Assembly: GCA_001788295.1 (NCBI GenBank)
Contig: MGBO01000021.1
Span: 74,003 to 138,002 of the forward strand
Origin: Candidatus Roizmanbacteria bacterium RIFOXYC1_FULL_41_16
GTDB lineage: Bacteria; Patescibacteriota; Microgenomatia; UBA1406
Direction: 5' to 3'
DNA: 64,000 nt
Under the pieces are notes generated by a model. The model was given only the letters and a program-made list of their open reading frames with translations. It was not told where the DNA came from and searched no databases. The position numbers and the translations under genes were made by a program. Shown piece after piece: positions 10,211-20,724 of the stretch (its first letter is position 1; each line of letters begins with the position of its first letter).

Positions 10211-11220
10211 CCTTGCGGGTGCTGTTGATACCATTTCACCAAAGAATTTACCGAATCGGCCAAAGAATGAGTCGGTTGCCAACCCAACACCTGTTGGATT
10301 TTTTTGTTTGAACTGACCGCCCGGGAAACATCGGTATGGCGGCGCTCACCAACGGTCTTTTTGATTTTGACTCCAGTAATTTCCTCAACGGTTTTAATTA
10401 TTTGCAAAACCGAGTTTCCCTTGCCGGTGCCGAGATTAAAAACATCGTGTGACTTCACGCTGTCTAAATACTGCAACGCCAAAATATGGGCCTGATTCAA
10501 ATCCACCACATTCACATAGTCGCGAATCGGAGTCTGGTCAGGCGTGTCTACAGCAGTATTGTTTAAGGCAAAAGGTGCAATTCCCAGAGCGCCGCGGACC
10601 GCGTTTTGCATCAGGTGAAAAGACGGTTTTTTGGAATCTCCAATCGCCCCATCATCGGTGGCGCCGCAGACATTAAAGTAGCGCAAAAAAATATATTTCA
10701 ATCCAAACAATTGAGAATACCAATCAATCATCCGTTCGCACATAAATTTGGATTCCGAATATGGATGATTGGTGGGATCAAGGGGGTGGTTTTCATCAAT
10801 AAACTCTGCTTTTGGTTCGCCATAAACGGAGCAGGAGGAAGAAAACAACAATCTATTAATCTTGTGTTTAATCAAGCCCTCCAATAAAGCCAGGGTGGTA
10901 CTGACGTTCTGACCAAAGTACAGCTCTGGGTGTTTTTCCGATTCGCCCACGTTACAAAAAGCTGCATAATGAATCACGGCGCCAATATTTGGCTCGCTTT
11001 CCAATACTGTATTAATCTCTGTTCGAATGTCTTTGGCATAATAACGGAACTGGTCCTTGGAATATTTATGGCTCAAAAAACTCAATGGGCCCTCAAATCC
11101 GCGTACAAAGTTGTCCACCCCAACCACTTCATAACCCTGCTGCAAGAGCAGGTAAGTGGCCACCGAACCGATATAACCACCGGCTCCAGTCACCAAAATT
11201 TTAGATTTTGTCTTTGGCAT
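10198..11220 (-). CDS. galE: UDP-glucose 4-epimerase
   Basis: Rossmann motif VTGAGGYIGS plus the YxxxK SDR catalytic region. Full-length (340 aa) GalE-like. Confidence 0.8.
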   Translation of the reverse strand: MPKTKSKILVTGAGGYIGSVATYLLLQQGYEVVGVDNFVRGFEGPLSFLSHKYSKDQFRYYAKDIRTEINTVLESEPNIGAVIHYAAFCNVGESEKHPELYFGQNVSTTLALLEGLIKHKINRLLFSSSCSVYGEPKAEFIDENHPLDPTNHPYSESKFMCERMIDWYSQLFGLKYIFLRYFNVCGATDDGAIGDSKKPSFHLMQNAVRGALGIAPFALNNTAVDTPDQTPIRDYVNVVDLNQAHILALQYLDSVKSHDVFNLGTGKGNSVLQIIKTVEEITGVKIKKTVGERRHTDVSRAVSSNKKIQQVLGWQPTHSLADSVNSLVKWYQQHPQGWTK

Positions 11221-11548
11221 AAACCGAAATTAACTTTTTGTATTTTCCTCTAACCGCACGTTCAATATCCACGCCCACGGCGTTTGCTAGCATAATCACA
11301 GATAAAATTACATCGGCAAATTCCTCATACATATTGGATTTCTCAAACTCAGCCAGCTTGCTTTTGCGCTGCAAGGACAGAATCGACAAAATATCATTGG
11401 ACAGTTCACCGACCTCTTCCTGTAGTTTGACAGTTCGGGCTAAAATATCTTTTTCTTTCTTGGTCAGAGAATGAAATTTGATACGCAATTCCAGTTCATG
11501 CGATTTTAAAGCCTTTTGTAATTCCTTAAGTGTGTAATTATTCTGCAT
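11201..11548 (-). CDS. MazG-like nucleoside triphosphate pyrophosphohydrolase domain protein
   Basis: Small all-alpha protein with EEVGEL...E..D motifs of the MazG/NTP-PPase family. Confidence 0.55.
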   Translation of the reverse strand: MQNNYTLKELQKALKSHELELRIKFHSLTKKEKDILARTVKLQEEVGELSNDILSILSLQRKSKLAEFEKSNMYEEFADVILSVIMLANAVGVDIERAVRGKYKKLISVYAKDKI

Positions 11549-11562
11549 ATTGATATTTTACT

Positions 11563-12822
11563 CTACCGGACCCAAGTTTCCAAAACCAATTGCCGATAGG
11601 TCTGCTGGCGCTTTTGATGATAACCCAAATCAATCAGCCGTTTTTGATAATCAAAACCATAAATTTCCGCTGTGTAAGGGACAACCAGAAGTTGTTTGGC
11701 CATTAAAGCTGAAAAACGCAGATCCTTAATCAATAACTCCGGTCGATAGTAGTTAATTCCCTCCAAGGAACTCACGATTCCGTAAACCAAAGTCTTTTCA
11801 GGCAAATCACGCGCCAGACTCTGCCAATCCTCACGGTGAAATTGAGGAAACAATAAATAAACCAAAGAAAACCCGATAAAACCAATCAAAATAAAAATCT
11901 TCAAATAGTTATTTTTAAGCCCCTGATTTAATAAAATCGCCAAAACCGGCAATAAGTATAAAAATCGAAAATAAGAGAGTAGGGGAGAGACAAATGAAAA
12001 AACTAAGGCCAATAAAAGGGGAGTCATCAGTAAAATTGCTTTTGGATCGCGCCATTTAAGCCGGCTCCAAACCATTGTTGTCCAGAGCCCAGCAATCAGA
12101 TAATAGGCGGCTTTGGGTTCAAAACTAATCCGGCCAATGCTGAACTTTAGCGGAATAAGTAACAGATTTTTAAGACTGGCCGTACCCAACACATTTTTCC
12201 AGTTGACTACCAGGGCTGTGATCTCTTGGGAGTTGTGCCACTGTTGCCAAAGCAGTGGCATCGCCATCCCCACTGTTATCAATGTCGAGCCAAAGGTTAA
12301 CATTAAGAAGCGCCAATTTTTAATAACCAGTAAATAGAACATCAAGCCAACGATAAAAAATATGGCGCCATAAAAAGTCTGAAACGCCAAAATTATAGCC
12401 AAACAATAAAGCCAGGCATTTTTTCGCTCTAGGCTGTAAAAGGCCAGTGTCAATAAAAAAGTGACCATCAAATACATTCTGGCTTCCTGAGAATAATAGA
12501 TAACCAAGGGATTAAATAAAAAAAAAGCGGCCGGCCATAGGCCCTTAAGGCGGTAGAGCAACCAGCCCACGCCCAAACTGAAAAGTATTGAAGGCATCCG
12601 CAAGCTGATTTCACTCAAACCAAAAAAAGTGGTCCATAGTTTCATTAACAAGTAATACGATGTTGGGTGAAAATCTTGTGGGGCAAAGTTCGTCATAATT
12701 TGCGTCCAAGATAAGTCACGCACCACTACTGCTGTTACTGCTTCATCCAGCCACAAAGACTGATTAAGGCCGATAAGCCGCAAAGATAAAGCAATAGCAA
12801 AGATCGCAATAACTTTTTTCAT
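11563..12822 (-). CDS. GT-C membrane glycosyltransferase (GT39/GT83, PMT/ArnT-like)
   Basis: N-terminus LRLIGLNQSLWLDEAV with the DE motif in the first periplasmic loop, followed by more than 10 TM helices. Confidence 0.6.
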   Translation of the reverse strand: MKKVIAIFAIALSLRLIGLNQSLWLDEAVTAVVVRDLSWTQIMTNFAPQDFHPTSYYLLMKLWTTFFGLSEISLRMPSILFSLGVGWLLYRLKGLWPAAFFLFNPLVIYYSQEARMYLMVTFLLTLAFYSLERKNAWLYCLAIILAFQTFYGAIFFIVGLMFYLLVIKNWRFLMLTFGSTLITVGMAMPLLWQQWHNSQEITALVVNWKNVLGTASLKNLLLIPLKFSIGRISFEPKAAYYLIAGLWTTMVWSRLKWRDPKAILLMTPLLLALVFSFVSPLLSYFRFLYLLPVLAILLNQGLKNNYLKIFILIGFIGFSLVYLLFPQFHREDWQSLARDLPEKTLVYGIVSSLEGINYYRPELLIKDLRFSALMAKQLLVVPYTAEIYGFDYQKRLIDLGYHQKRQQTYRQLVLETWVR

Positions 12823-12842
12823 TAAGATAAAATATAGTATAT

Positions 12843-14153
12843 ATGAAAAAGTCCTGGTTGCTGATTTTTTTCGCTTACTGGCTGTTTTTTTGGCTTATCC
12901 CGCCGCTACAGACACCGGACGAAAACGATCATTACGAAACCGTCTACTGGCTTGCCAAAGGCGTTTATCCGTATCAGCCCAGAAATCGCCAGCTGATCAA
13001 ACCCCGCTTTACCGATGAACTTTTTGAAACTGTGGATTTGAAAATGAAAGACCCTAATCGCAATTTTAATTTACCGGATTTTAAAAAAATTGAAACCTCT
13101 CGACTAAAACAAAAGCATAGCTACTCAGCCAAACAGCAAGCCGGCTTTATTCCAATCACCCTGCAGTCTTACCAAACCCCGCTATATCACTTTACTGCCG
13201 CTTGGATTTTCAAACTGGGCCAGTTTCTTCGACTCAGTCTGTGGCACCTGTCTTATTTTACGCGGCTGACTTCGGCGCTTTTTTATTTTGGCTTGGTTTA
13301 TTATGCCTATAAATCCCTGCGTTTACTTTTCCCAAAAAAAGTTGCCCAGCCACTTTTTTTATTTTTTGCTCTCAATCCGCAAGTAATTCGTAGTGGCATC
13401 TCAATCAACCCCGACATTGCCCAAGCTTTTTTGGCCATGTTTTTCTTATATTTAGTGCTGAAAGCCAAAATTAATACTATTCAAGCGGCAATCGTGGCCG
13501 GCCTGACTGGTCTGGCCAAATTTTCCGGCGTCTTTACCGCTCCCGTTGCTAATCTACTAATTTTGCTTACCAAACAACCTTGGACACAAAAATTACAAAA
13601 AATTATTTTTTTTAACTTAATATTTTTGTTGTTATTGGCGCCTTGGTTTTATTTAAATTACAGCCGATACGGCACGCTCACGACCACCAGCGGTTTTTTT
13701 ATCGCCTCCAGCCATCAAATCGTCCCTCGGCCAATAGGCAAAGCCTTAATTCTGGCCGTTCTGGACTTTCGCCACACCCTGATGCACTTCAGCGGCTTTC
13801 TTGGCGCCGGCAACGAACGATATCCCTTTAAATTCTTTTTTATCATTTATACCGTTTCTTTGGTCCTGTTTGGTTTTTGGGGTTTTCTCAGATTTATCAA
13901 AAAACCAAACCCCTATCGTCACACTCTTTTAATTTATGGCTTTTTCTATTTGGCTTTTTTGTATTACCTGGCTTTTTTCTTTCAAAAATCCGGCCTCAAT
14001 TGGGATATTCAAGGCCGTTACTTTCTCAATGGCTTTTTTTTGCTGACTATCTGTTTAGGTTATATAATCAGGCCAAAGTATTTGGCCATGTTTGGTTTTT
14101 GGCATTATTTATTTATATTAAGCTTTGTGCTTATTCCAGGCTATTATGTTTAA
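12843..14153 (+). CDS. Integral membrane protein, DUF2142-like (putative glycosyltransferase)
   Basis: N-terminal PDENDHYE motif after the first TM. Polytopic membrane protein in a glycosylation gene context. Confidence 0.4.
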   Translation: MKKSWLLIFFAYWLFFWLIPPLQTPDENDHYETVYWLAKGVYPYQPRNRQLIKPRFTDELFETVDLKMKDPNRNFNLPDFKKIETSRLKQKHSYSAKQQAGFIPITLQSYQTPLYHFTAAWIFKLGQFLRLSLWHLSYFTRLTSALFYFGLVYYAYKSLRLLFPKKVAQPLFLFFALNPQVIRSGISINPDIAQAFLAMFFLYLVLKAKINTIQAAIVAGLTGLAKFSGVFTAPVANLLILLTKQPWTQKLQKIIFFNLIFLLLLAPWFYLNYSRYGTLTTTSGFFIASSHQIVPRPIGKALILAVLDFRHTLMHFSGFLGAGNERYPFKFFFIIYTVSLVLFGFWGFLRFIKKPNPYRHTLLIYGFFYLAFLYYLAFFFQKSGLNWDIQGRYFLNGFFLLTICLGYIIRPKYLAMFGFWHYLFILSFVLIPGYYV

Positions 14154-14340
14154 AAAAACTATTATATTCTTAATTATTTTCAGCCCGATCCTGTGGGTAT
14201 TGATCATTGGCTATCCAATTAGTCACAATCGCCGACAATACGCGACTGATGATTTTAGCGGCTATGTGAGAGCCCTTTCTGGAGATAATCGAATTAAAGG
14301 TTTGGATTTGATAAAGCTGGTCGGTGGGCGAGTAAAGAAA

Positions 14341-15324
<984 letters not shown>

Positions 15325-15369
15325 TTAACAACTATTAATAAGCCTTAATTGTATCGAAAGATCCATGGG

Positions 15370-15397
15370 TTGACAAACGCAAATCTATTGATAGAAT
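15370..15397 (+). promoter_or_regulatory. Sigma70-like promoter TTGACA-N16-TAGAAT
   Basis: Exact -35 consensus at 15370-15375 and -10 TAGAAT at 15392-15397, in the gmd/GNAT-gene intergenic region. Confidence 0.45.
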
Positions 15398-15403
15398 GCT
15401 TTT

Positions 15404-15525
15404 ATGAATTTGTTGCTTTGTAATTATCAATTGACAGTTTTATTTTTTAACCCGCTCTGGCGGGATGTGGATTAGTTAATCGCTTAAATTAACAGTTCTT
15501 CCCGCCAAAATTGGCGGGTTTTTTT
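15404..15525 (+). promoter_or_regulatory. Leader region: putative 23-codon leader ORF (MNLLLCNYQLTVLFFNPLWRDVD) running into two GC hairpins, the second followed by a T7 run
   Basis: An ATG at the predicted TSS opens a 23-codon ORF. Hairpin 1 is cccgcTCTGgcggg (15451-15464). Hairpin 2 is cccgccAAAATTggcggg (15501-15518), followed by TTTTTTT and then the ATG at 15526. The 3' arm of hairpin 1 can alternatively pair with the 5' arm of hairpin 2. Confidence 0.35.
15501..15525 (+). terminator. Rho-independent terminator-like hairpin plus U-tract
   Basis: 6-bp GC stem, 6-nt loop, then 7 T residues. Confidence 0.5.
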
Positions 15526-16611
15526 ATGCCAAAAATGACAGAATACAATCTAAGATCTGCGGTTTTAAGTGATGCCGCGCCATTAACCGAATTAGTAGCC
15601 GCAGCTATACCAGGTTATCCTTTTGTGGGTGTATATGATTCTGAACAAGTAGCCCAAAGTATCAGAAATGGCGAATATCGGATACTGGCTGAAATGCCTG
15701 AAATCGGTGTTGTCGCCACGGCGGTATTAGGAACTGAATCTGTCATGAGTGAAATCAAACGTGTCGTCGTGCATCCAAAAATGCGTAAGAATGGATTGGC
15801 CAGTCAGATGACTATTAGGCTCGCCGGTGAAGCCAAACAATTAGGACATATTCCCTGGGCTGATGTCCGAGCCGATCAGATTGGAATGCAACGCGCCGCA
15901 CTTGCCGCCGGACTGTCCCCGGTTTGTCTGGAACCTGGTAAACACGTTGTTTATGATCATTTATATCTTAATTTTGGCTCAAAACGGCCAGCCAGAGAAA
16001 CAATGATTCACATGACCAGTCTTCCGGTCGATTTAGACAAACTTGCCAGTCACCTTAAAGCTTGGCCAATTACTCTCCGAAATAGATTATTAACCGAGTT
16101 GTATTCGTCACTAAAACCCCAAAGATATCAGGAAATGGTTGCCGAAAAAGCCTTACCAAGCGCTATTGAAGTCAATCACCGAATCAGTCAAAGAATCAAT
16201 CAAGAGGTAAAAAATTTGATCAAAGAGGAATCGGCCGATTTCTGCCAAATAAAATTCCAAGGTCATCAATTATTGATCATCAAACCGGATGCCTCTGGCT
16301 TTTTTACCATTAATCATGATTTAAACTTTCCCGAATTGATTAAAATCGCCAAGCGTGTCGGTTTACAGATAATTACTTGTTATGTTGACACCAAACAGAT
16401 CAATCTTTTGGATAGTCTAGACACCGCCGGTTTTATTCCGGCAATGATCAGACCGTGGCAAGAAGAGGGAAGTGAGCCAGTTTGGCAAGTAGGCTGGCAA
16501 TATCGTCTCAATGACTATGGTTCTTGCCAACATCAAGTTTTTCTTGATCCAAACGTCGAAAATATGTTACTTAATCAGTTTTCATTATTACAATTGTCCG
16601 TTGAAAATTAA
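15526..16611 (+). CDS. GNAT-like N-acetyltransferase domain fused to a domain of unknown function
   Basis: VVHPKMRKNGLASQM resembles the GNAT acetyl-CoA-binding motif A. The C-terminal 200 aa are unassigned. Local GC is higher than flanking genes. Start taken at the ATG after the T-tract; the ORF track used an upstream TTG. Confidence 0.4.
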   Translation: MPKMTEYNLRSAVLSDAAPLTELVAAAIPGYPFVGVYDSEQVAQSIRNGEYRILAEMPEIGVVATAVLGTESVMSEIKRVVVHPKMRKNGLASQMTIRLAGEAKQLGHIPWADVRADQIGMQRAALAAGLSPVCLEPGKHVVYDHLYLNFGSKRPARETMIHMTSLPVDLDKLASHLKAWPITLRNRLLTELYSSLKPQRYQEMVAEKALPSAIEVNHRISQRINQEVKNLIKEESADFCQIKFQGHQLLIIKPDASGFFTINHDLNFPELIKIAKRVGLQIITCYVDTKQINLLDSLDTAGFIPAMIRPWQEEGSEPVWQVGWQYRLNDYGSCQHQVFLDPNVENMLLNQFSLLQLSVEN

Positions 16612-16628
16612 GTTGTTAAAATACATTC

Positions 16629-17699
16629 ATGCTGAAAAATATTATTGAACTTACCAAAAAGCTGGTTCAAATTCCCTCCATTGCCGACAAGCCGGAAGAA
16701 CTGAAACGAGTTTTAGAGACCGCTTTGAAAGAAGTATCGCAGTTCTCAATTGAGCGATTCTATGAGAATAATAATCCCAGTGCGATTGTATACTCAGGCA
16801 AAAAACGACCGGATAAATTCAGAGTTATTCTAAGCGGCCATTTAGACGTAGTCCCGGGACACAAAGACCAATATCAAGTAATTGAAAAAAACGGGCGGCT
16901 TTATGGTCGAGGAACCGATGATATGAAAGCCGGCTGTGCCGCCATTATTTTACTTTTTAAGGAACTAGCTGATAAATTGTCCTTTCCGCTTGGCCTGCAA
17001 CTGACTACCGATGAAGAAACAGGTGGATTTGCGGGTGTCAAACATCAGGTAGAGAAGGGAATTAAAACTGAATTTTTCCTGACTGCCGAAAGCACCCAAC
17101 TCAATATTAAAAACGAAGCTAAGGGAGTTATCTGGGGCAAAGTAACTGCTAAGGGATCAGCCGCTCACAGCGCCTACCTTTGGAATGGAAACAATGCCGC
17201 CTGGAAAATCAAAGCCTTTTTGAACAAACTAGAGCAGGCATTTCCCGTGCCCAAAAAAGAAACCTGGCAAACTACCGTTAATCTGTCACTTATAAATACG
17301 CCGAATCAAACTTTCAACAAAGTTCCCGACAAGGCCAGCGCCGGTTTTGACTGCCGCTATATTCCGGCAGATCGTGGCAGTATTCTTGCCAAGTTAAAAA
17401 GCTTAGTTCCCAACGACCTGAGCCTGGAAATTTTGGAAAACGAATCTTTCCATTACTGCAGTCCCAAAAGCGAGTTTATCAGTAAGCTAAGCAATAGTAT
17501 TAACAAAGTTGCTAATCAACAAGCCATTCTCAATCACGGTCACGGCGCCAGCGACGCTCGCCACTACAGCGCTGTCGGGACTTCGGCCATTGAATTTGGT
17601 CCGATCGGCAACGGCCTGCATTCGGATGACGAGTGGGTAGACACCCAAAGCCTGCTTCTTTTTTACAATGTTCTTAAGGAATATCTACTTGGTCTTTAG
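16629..17699 (+). CDS. M20-family metallopeptidase (ArgE/DapE/CPG2-like)
   Basis: SGHLDVVPG and GRGTDDMKAG metal-binding blocks. Confidence 0.65.
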   Translation: MLKNIIELTKKLVQIPSIADKPEELKRVLETALKEVSQFSIERFYENNNPSAIVYSGKKRPDKFRVILSGHLDVVPGHKDQYQVIEKNGRLYGRGTDDMKAGCAAIILLFKELADKLSFPLGLQLTTDEETGGFAGVKHQVEKGIKTEFFLTAESTQLNIKNEAKGVIWGKVTAKGSAAHSAYLWNGNNAAWKIKAFLNKLEQAFPVPKKETWQTTVNLSLINTPNQTFNKVPDKASAGFDCRYIPADRGSILAKLKSLVPNDLSLEILENESFHYCSPKSEFISKLSNSINKVANQQAILNHGHGASDARHYSAVGTSAIEFGPIGNGLHSDDEWVDTQSLLLFYNVLKEYLLGL

Positions 17700-19139
17700 C
17701 AAATCAGTGCTTCCATCTAGCATTGACTGAGGAATAGCCACCTCAGGTGAATTCACTTCGCCAAAAAACCAACCGCAGCTGGTAAAACCGATTAATGTTT
17801 CCAGTTTAGCCAATAATAACAACAACTGCTGTTCGTCTAGACCAGACGCCAAACCATTTTTCCAAAAAGGACGGACAAAGTCCTGGCCACTTAAAATCAA
17901 GTCTCTTAATGGTAGGATTAGCTTAATAAAATGGTTTCGCCAACCAAAACATTTCTCGTCTAGTAATTCATTAATTTCATGATTATTGGCAGTCAAACCT
18001 AAGTATAAGCGATTGCGTTCGTTAATTATGGCCTCAGACGGCGGCCCATTATTCCCACAATTACACTTGCCGGTCCAACGACCCAATTGATGATCGCAAC
18101 TCCAACTCGTGCCATCATTAACTTCGGCTTGTGTCAATTCGGCCATTAATCCGTAGCGGACATTTAAAAGGTTAAGCTGTTGGTCTTTAAAAGAAGTCTT
18201 CAACGCCCGCAACAAAAATTGGTCGCGACCTGGGCCGTGATGGCCATAAAACTCAGTATCAGAAATGCCAATTCTGTATGGATTATCACTATTAGCTAGC
18301 TCTTGTGCAAACCGATCAGCGTTAGTTGTTGTTTCGGGATTAAAAGAAATTGCCTTTCCCAAAGATTTGTTTCCAATTAAAACTTTAAGTTCGCCAATTT
18401 GGGCAAAATTAGGATTTCGGCTCTTCTCCCCAAATAGTTTCAATTGATCGTCTCTAAGAACCACAAATTCATAACCCTCCTGTACCAATAAAGCCAAAGT
18501 TTCAAAACTGACGGCAGTTTCTGGTAACCAAAAACCAGCGCTGTCAAAACCAAAGTCATCTTTAAACGCCTGCTTGCCTAATTCAATCAGCATCGCCTGA
18601 TCGTCTGAGGGCAACAAAGGCAGAATAACATGCAGCCAAGGATCAGCTAAAATCGTATACTCTTTATCTGAGGTTATCGACAATCTGTTTTTAAAAGTCT
18701 GCCATAATTGAGGTTGATGAAGTTTGAAATAGCTGCGTAGCGAAGCAAAACAAGAGAATACCCAGCCTGGCGGAAAGGGGGAGAGGTTTTCGTCTTCGCC
18801 AAGCCCAAATAAAGGTTTATAAACTTGCTCGGTAATTCTCTGATTAAATTCCGGCGCAACTGAGATTTTAACCTGGTGTTCAATTCCCAAAAAAGACAAA
18901 TCGATTAATACTTCCCGTGGCGGCTGATATGTATGACTGATAAATCCCACAGCTGTTTCCTGCTTTTTAATCTCTAACTGCGGATCTATCAATAAGGATT
19001 CGATCATTCGTCGACATAATTTAAACCGCTTTGCCGCTCTTGTCAAGTTGACAGATACAAATTGTATATTAAAATATGGTTTTACAAATACATAAAAACC
19101 AATGCCTATTGAATTTTGGTCAAACAGAAGATTAAACAA
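17685..19139 (-). CDS. Glycoside hydrolase family 57-like protein (alpha-glucan acting)
   Basis: GFWLPETAVS block matches the GH57 catalytic-region WLPE motif. Size is typical of GH57 / DUF3536 fusions. Confidence 0.45.
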   Translation of the reverse strand: MFNLLFDQNSIGIGFYVFVKPYFNIQFVSVNLTRAAKRFKLCRRMIESLLIDPQLEIKKQETAVGFISHTYQPPREVLIDLSFLGIEHQVKISVAPEFNQRITEQVYKPLFGLGEDENLSPFPPGWVFSCFASLRSYFKLHQPQLWQTFKNRLSITSDKEYTILADPWLHVILPLLPSDDQAMLIELGKQAFKDDFGFDSAGFWLPETAVSFETLALLVQEGYEFVVLRDDQLKLFGEKSRNPNFAQIGELKVLIGNKSLGKAISFNPETTTNADRFAQELANSDNPYRIGISDTEFYGHHGPGRDQFLLRALKTSFKDQQLNLLNVRYGLMAELTQAEVNDGTSWSCDHQLGRWTGKCNCGNNGPPSEAIINERNRLYLGLTANNHEINELLDEKCFGWRNHFIKLILPLRDLILSGQDFVRPFWKNGLASGLDEQQLLLLLAKLETLIGFTSCGWFFGEVNSPEVAIPQSMLDGSTDLLKTK

Positions 19140-19518
19140 AGAACAAATTAACGCTACTAATTATTTTGATGATCGACGACCACTTCGATCAACAAAACCT
19201 AAAGATAGCTATGAGCAAATCTTAGAAAGAGATGTTGCTCTGTCACTTTTAGGAGAAATTAGGAATGCTGACAAAAGAAGCCGATATGCGGTTATCTATT
19301 GGGGTATTATTATACCGGAAGAAATCGTTTATATTGTTGACCCTCAGCAGATTAGAAAATATAATCCCAATTGTGTAGATAGTACTTTTACCAATTTATG
19401 GGTCTACTCAAGTAATATTCACCCAGATCTTAACAAACCATGGGAACACTTAATCCTACTATCACCAAATCATCAGTATCCTCATCCATATAGCAAAATG
19501 CTGGATCTAAACGGTTAA
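19102..19518 (+). CDS. Hypothetical protein
   Basis: 138-aa ORF with no recognisable motif. Overlaps the GH57 gene start by 38 nt. Confidence 0.3.
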   Translation: MPIEFWSNRRLNKEQINATNYFDDRRPLRSTKPKDSYEQILERDVALSLLGEIRNADKRSRYAVIYWGIIIPEEIVYIVDPQQIRKYNPNCVDSTFTNLWVYSSNIHPDLNKPWEHLILLSPNHQYPHPYSKMLDLNG

Positions 19519-19543
19519 AACAAAAACCATCGATAATTAACTT

Positions 19544-20647
19544 TTACTTTTTGAACTTCTTTTCCAGTTTGGCCAGACGTTCTACAATGCCGCCGTATTC
19601 CAGCTCGTCTCTGGGCACCATAGAGGGCTCCACAAATCCCTGATCACGCATCATAATTGACTTTATAGACGCCCGCTCTCGAACGTAATCCCAGAACGGT
19701 TCGTCAAACAGATCAACATGCTCGGTCATGACTCCGTTTTTGATCGAAATGCCCATGCCCTGCACAATCGGAATACAATAATGCACTGAGGCCGGAGATT
19801 TAAATTTGACCGGCATCAACGGTTGATTGTGTGAGCCGCGTGTATCGCCGCCGACATAATGAGCCAGCCGGAAGCAGCCGCCCACTTCCTCAGTTGCCGG
19901 AAAAATCTTTTGCGCTCTCACAATCGCCACCGGATCATCTTTACCCACATAGCGGCCGGCAATATGCTTTAATCGGGTAATTGAAACGGCCACAGCCTGC
20001 TCAGTGGGATACTCCCGCGACCAAATGCTTTTGATCACATAGCGCCGCGTTTCCCGCAATAAGCAGGCAATATCATACAAATCCTCAGGCGCGTTTAATC
20101 TGATCGTTTTTTCACTCTTTAGATATTCGGTGTCAATAATTTCATAAGTGAAGCCTTTCATAATCGGCGGCGCCAGCATCAGTCCTGGGCACCACATCGG
20201 GTCAGCAAAAGCAAAGTAAAAGGGCAGATTAAAAGCGCCGGGTTCGGTTTTATCCATGGTAAACACCAGGATAGTTTCGTTCTCTCTTTCTTTAAATTCT
20301 ATTTCCGCAACCGCCGGTCCCATACCCTTAACGTTACCGGAAAATGAATCTTTCAAAATATCCTGTCCCGCCCCATACAATCCCTGGCTTTTGGCAACTT
20401 TTGTCCCGAGAATAAACGCGTCCCAAGCCAGCTTGTGAATTCGTTTGTTTTCAACTCCGTGCTTGTGGCTCATCAAAATGGCAATATCGTCGCCGGTATA
20501 GAAGACTTTGTAATCAATCAGCAACTGCTTACTTTTTTGCCGGACGTGATTAAGAACGGTATTTAACAATTTTTCCGAGGGCTTGGTGTGCCCGCCGACA
20601 GAGCCAATGTCAGCCTTGATCAGTGAGAGAGTGATTTTCATAATCAA
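19544..20647 (-). CDS. fbp: Fructose-1,6-bisphosphate aldolase/phosphatase (bifunctional, archaeal-type class V FBPase)
   Basis: N-terminus MKITLSLIKADIGSVGGH is the signature of FBP aldolase/phosphatase. Length 367 aa matches the family. Confidence 0.8.
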   Translation of the reverse strand: MIMKITLSLIKADIGSVGGHTKPSEKLLNTVLNHVRQKSKQLLIDYKVFYTGDDIAILMSHKHGVENKRIHKLAWDAFILGTKVAKSQGLYGAGQDILKDSFSGNVKGMGPAVAEIEFKERENETILVFTMDKTEPGAFNLPFYFAFADPMWCPGLMLAPPIMKGFTYEIIDTEYLKSEKTIRLNAPEDLYDIACLLRETRRYVIKSIWSREYPTEQAVAVSITRLKHIAGRYVGKDDPVAIVRAQKIFPATEEVGGCFRLAHYVGGDTRGSHNQPLMPVKFKSPASVHYCIPIVQGMGISIKNGVMTEHVDLFDEPFWDYVRERASIKSIMMRDQGFVEPSMVPRDELEYGGIVERLAKLEKKFKK

Positions 20648-20724
20648 TCAGTTAATTGATAATTATCATACACTATCATACAGGATAAGAAAATATTACA
20701 GAATTGTCAAGTTTAAGAATTCAG

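Noticed and set aside
9083-10282. Longer GT4 start (10282) as given by the ORF track
   Set aside because: Would overlap galE by 85 nt. The internal Met at 10210 gives a compact junction, but either start is possible.
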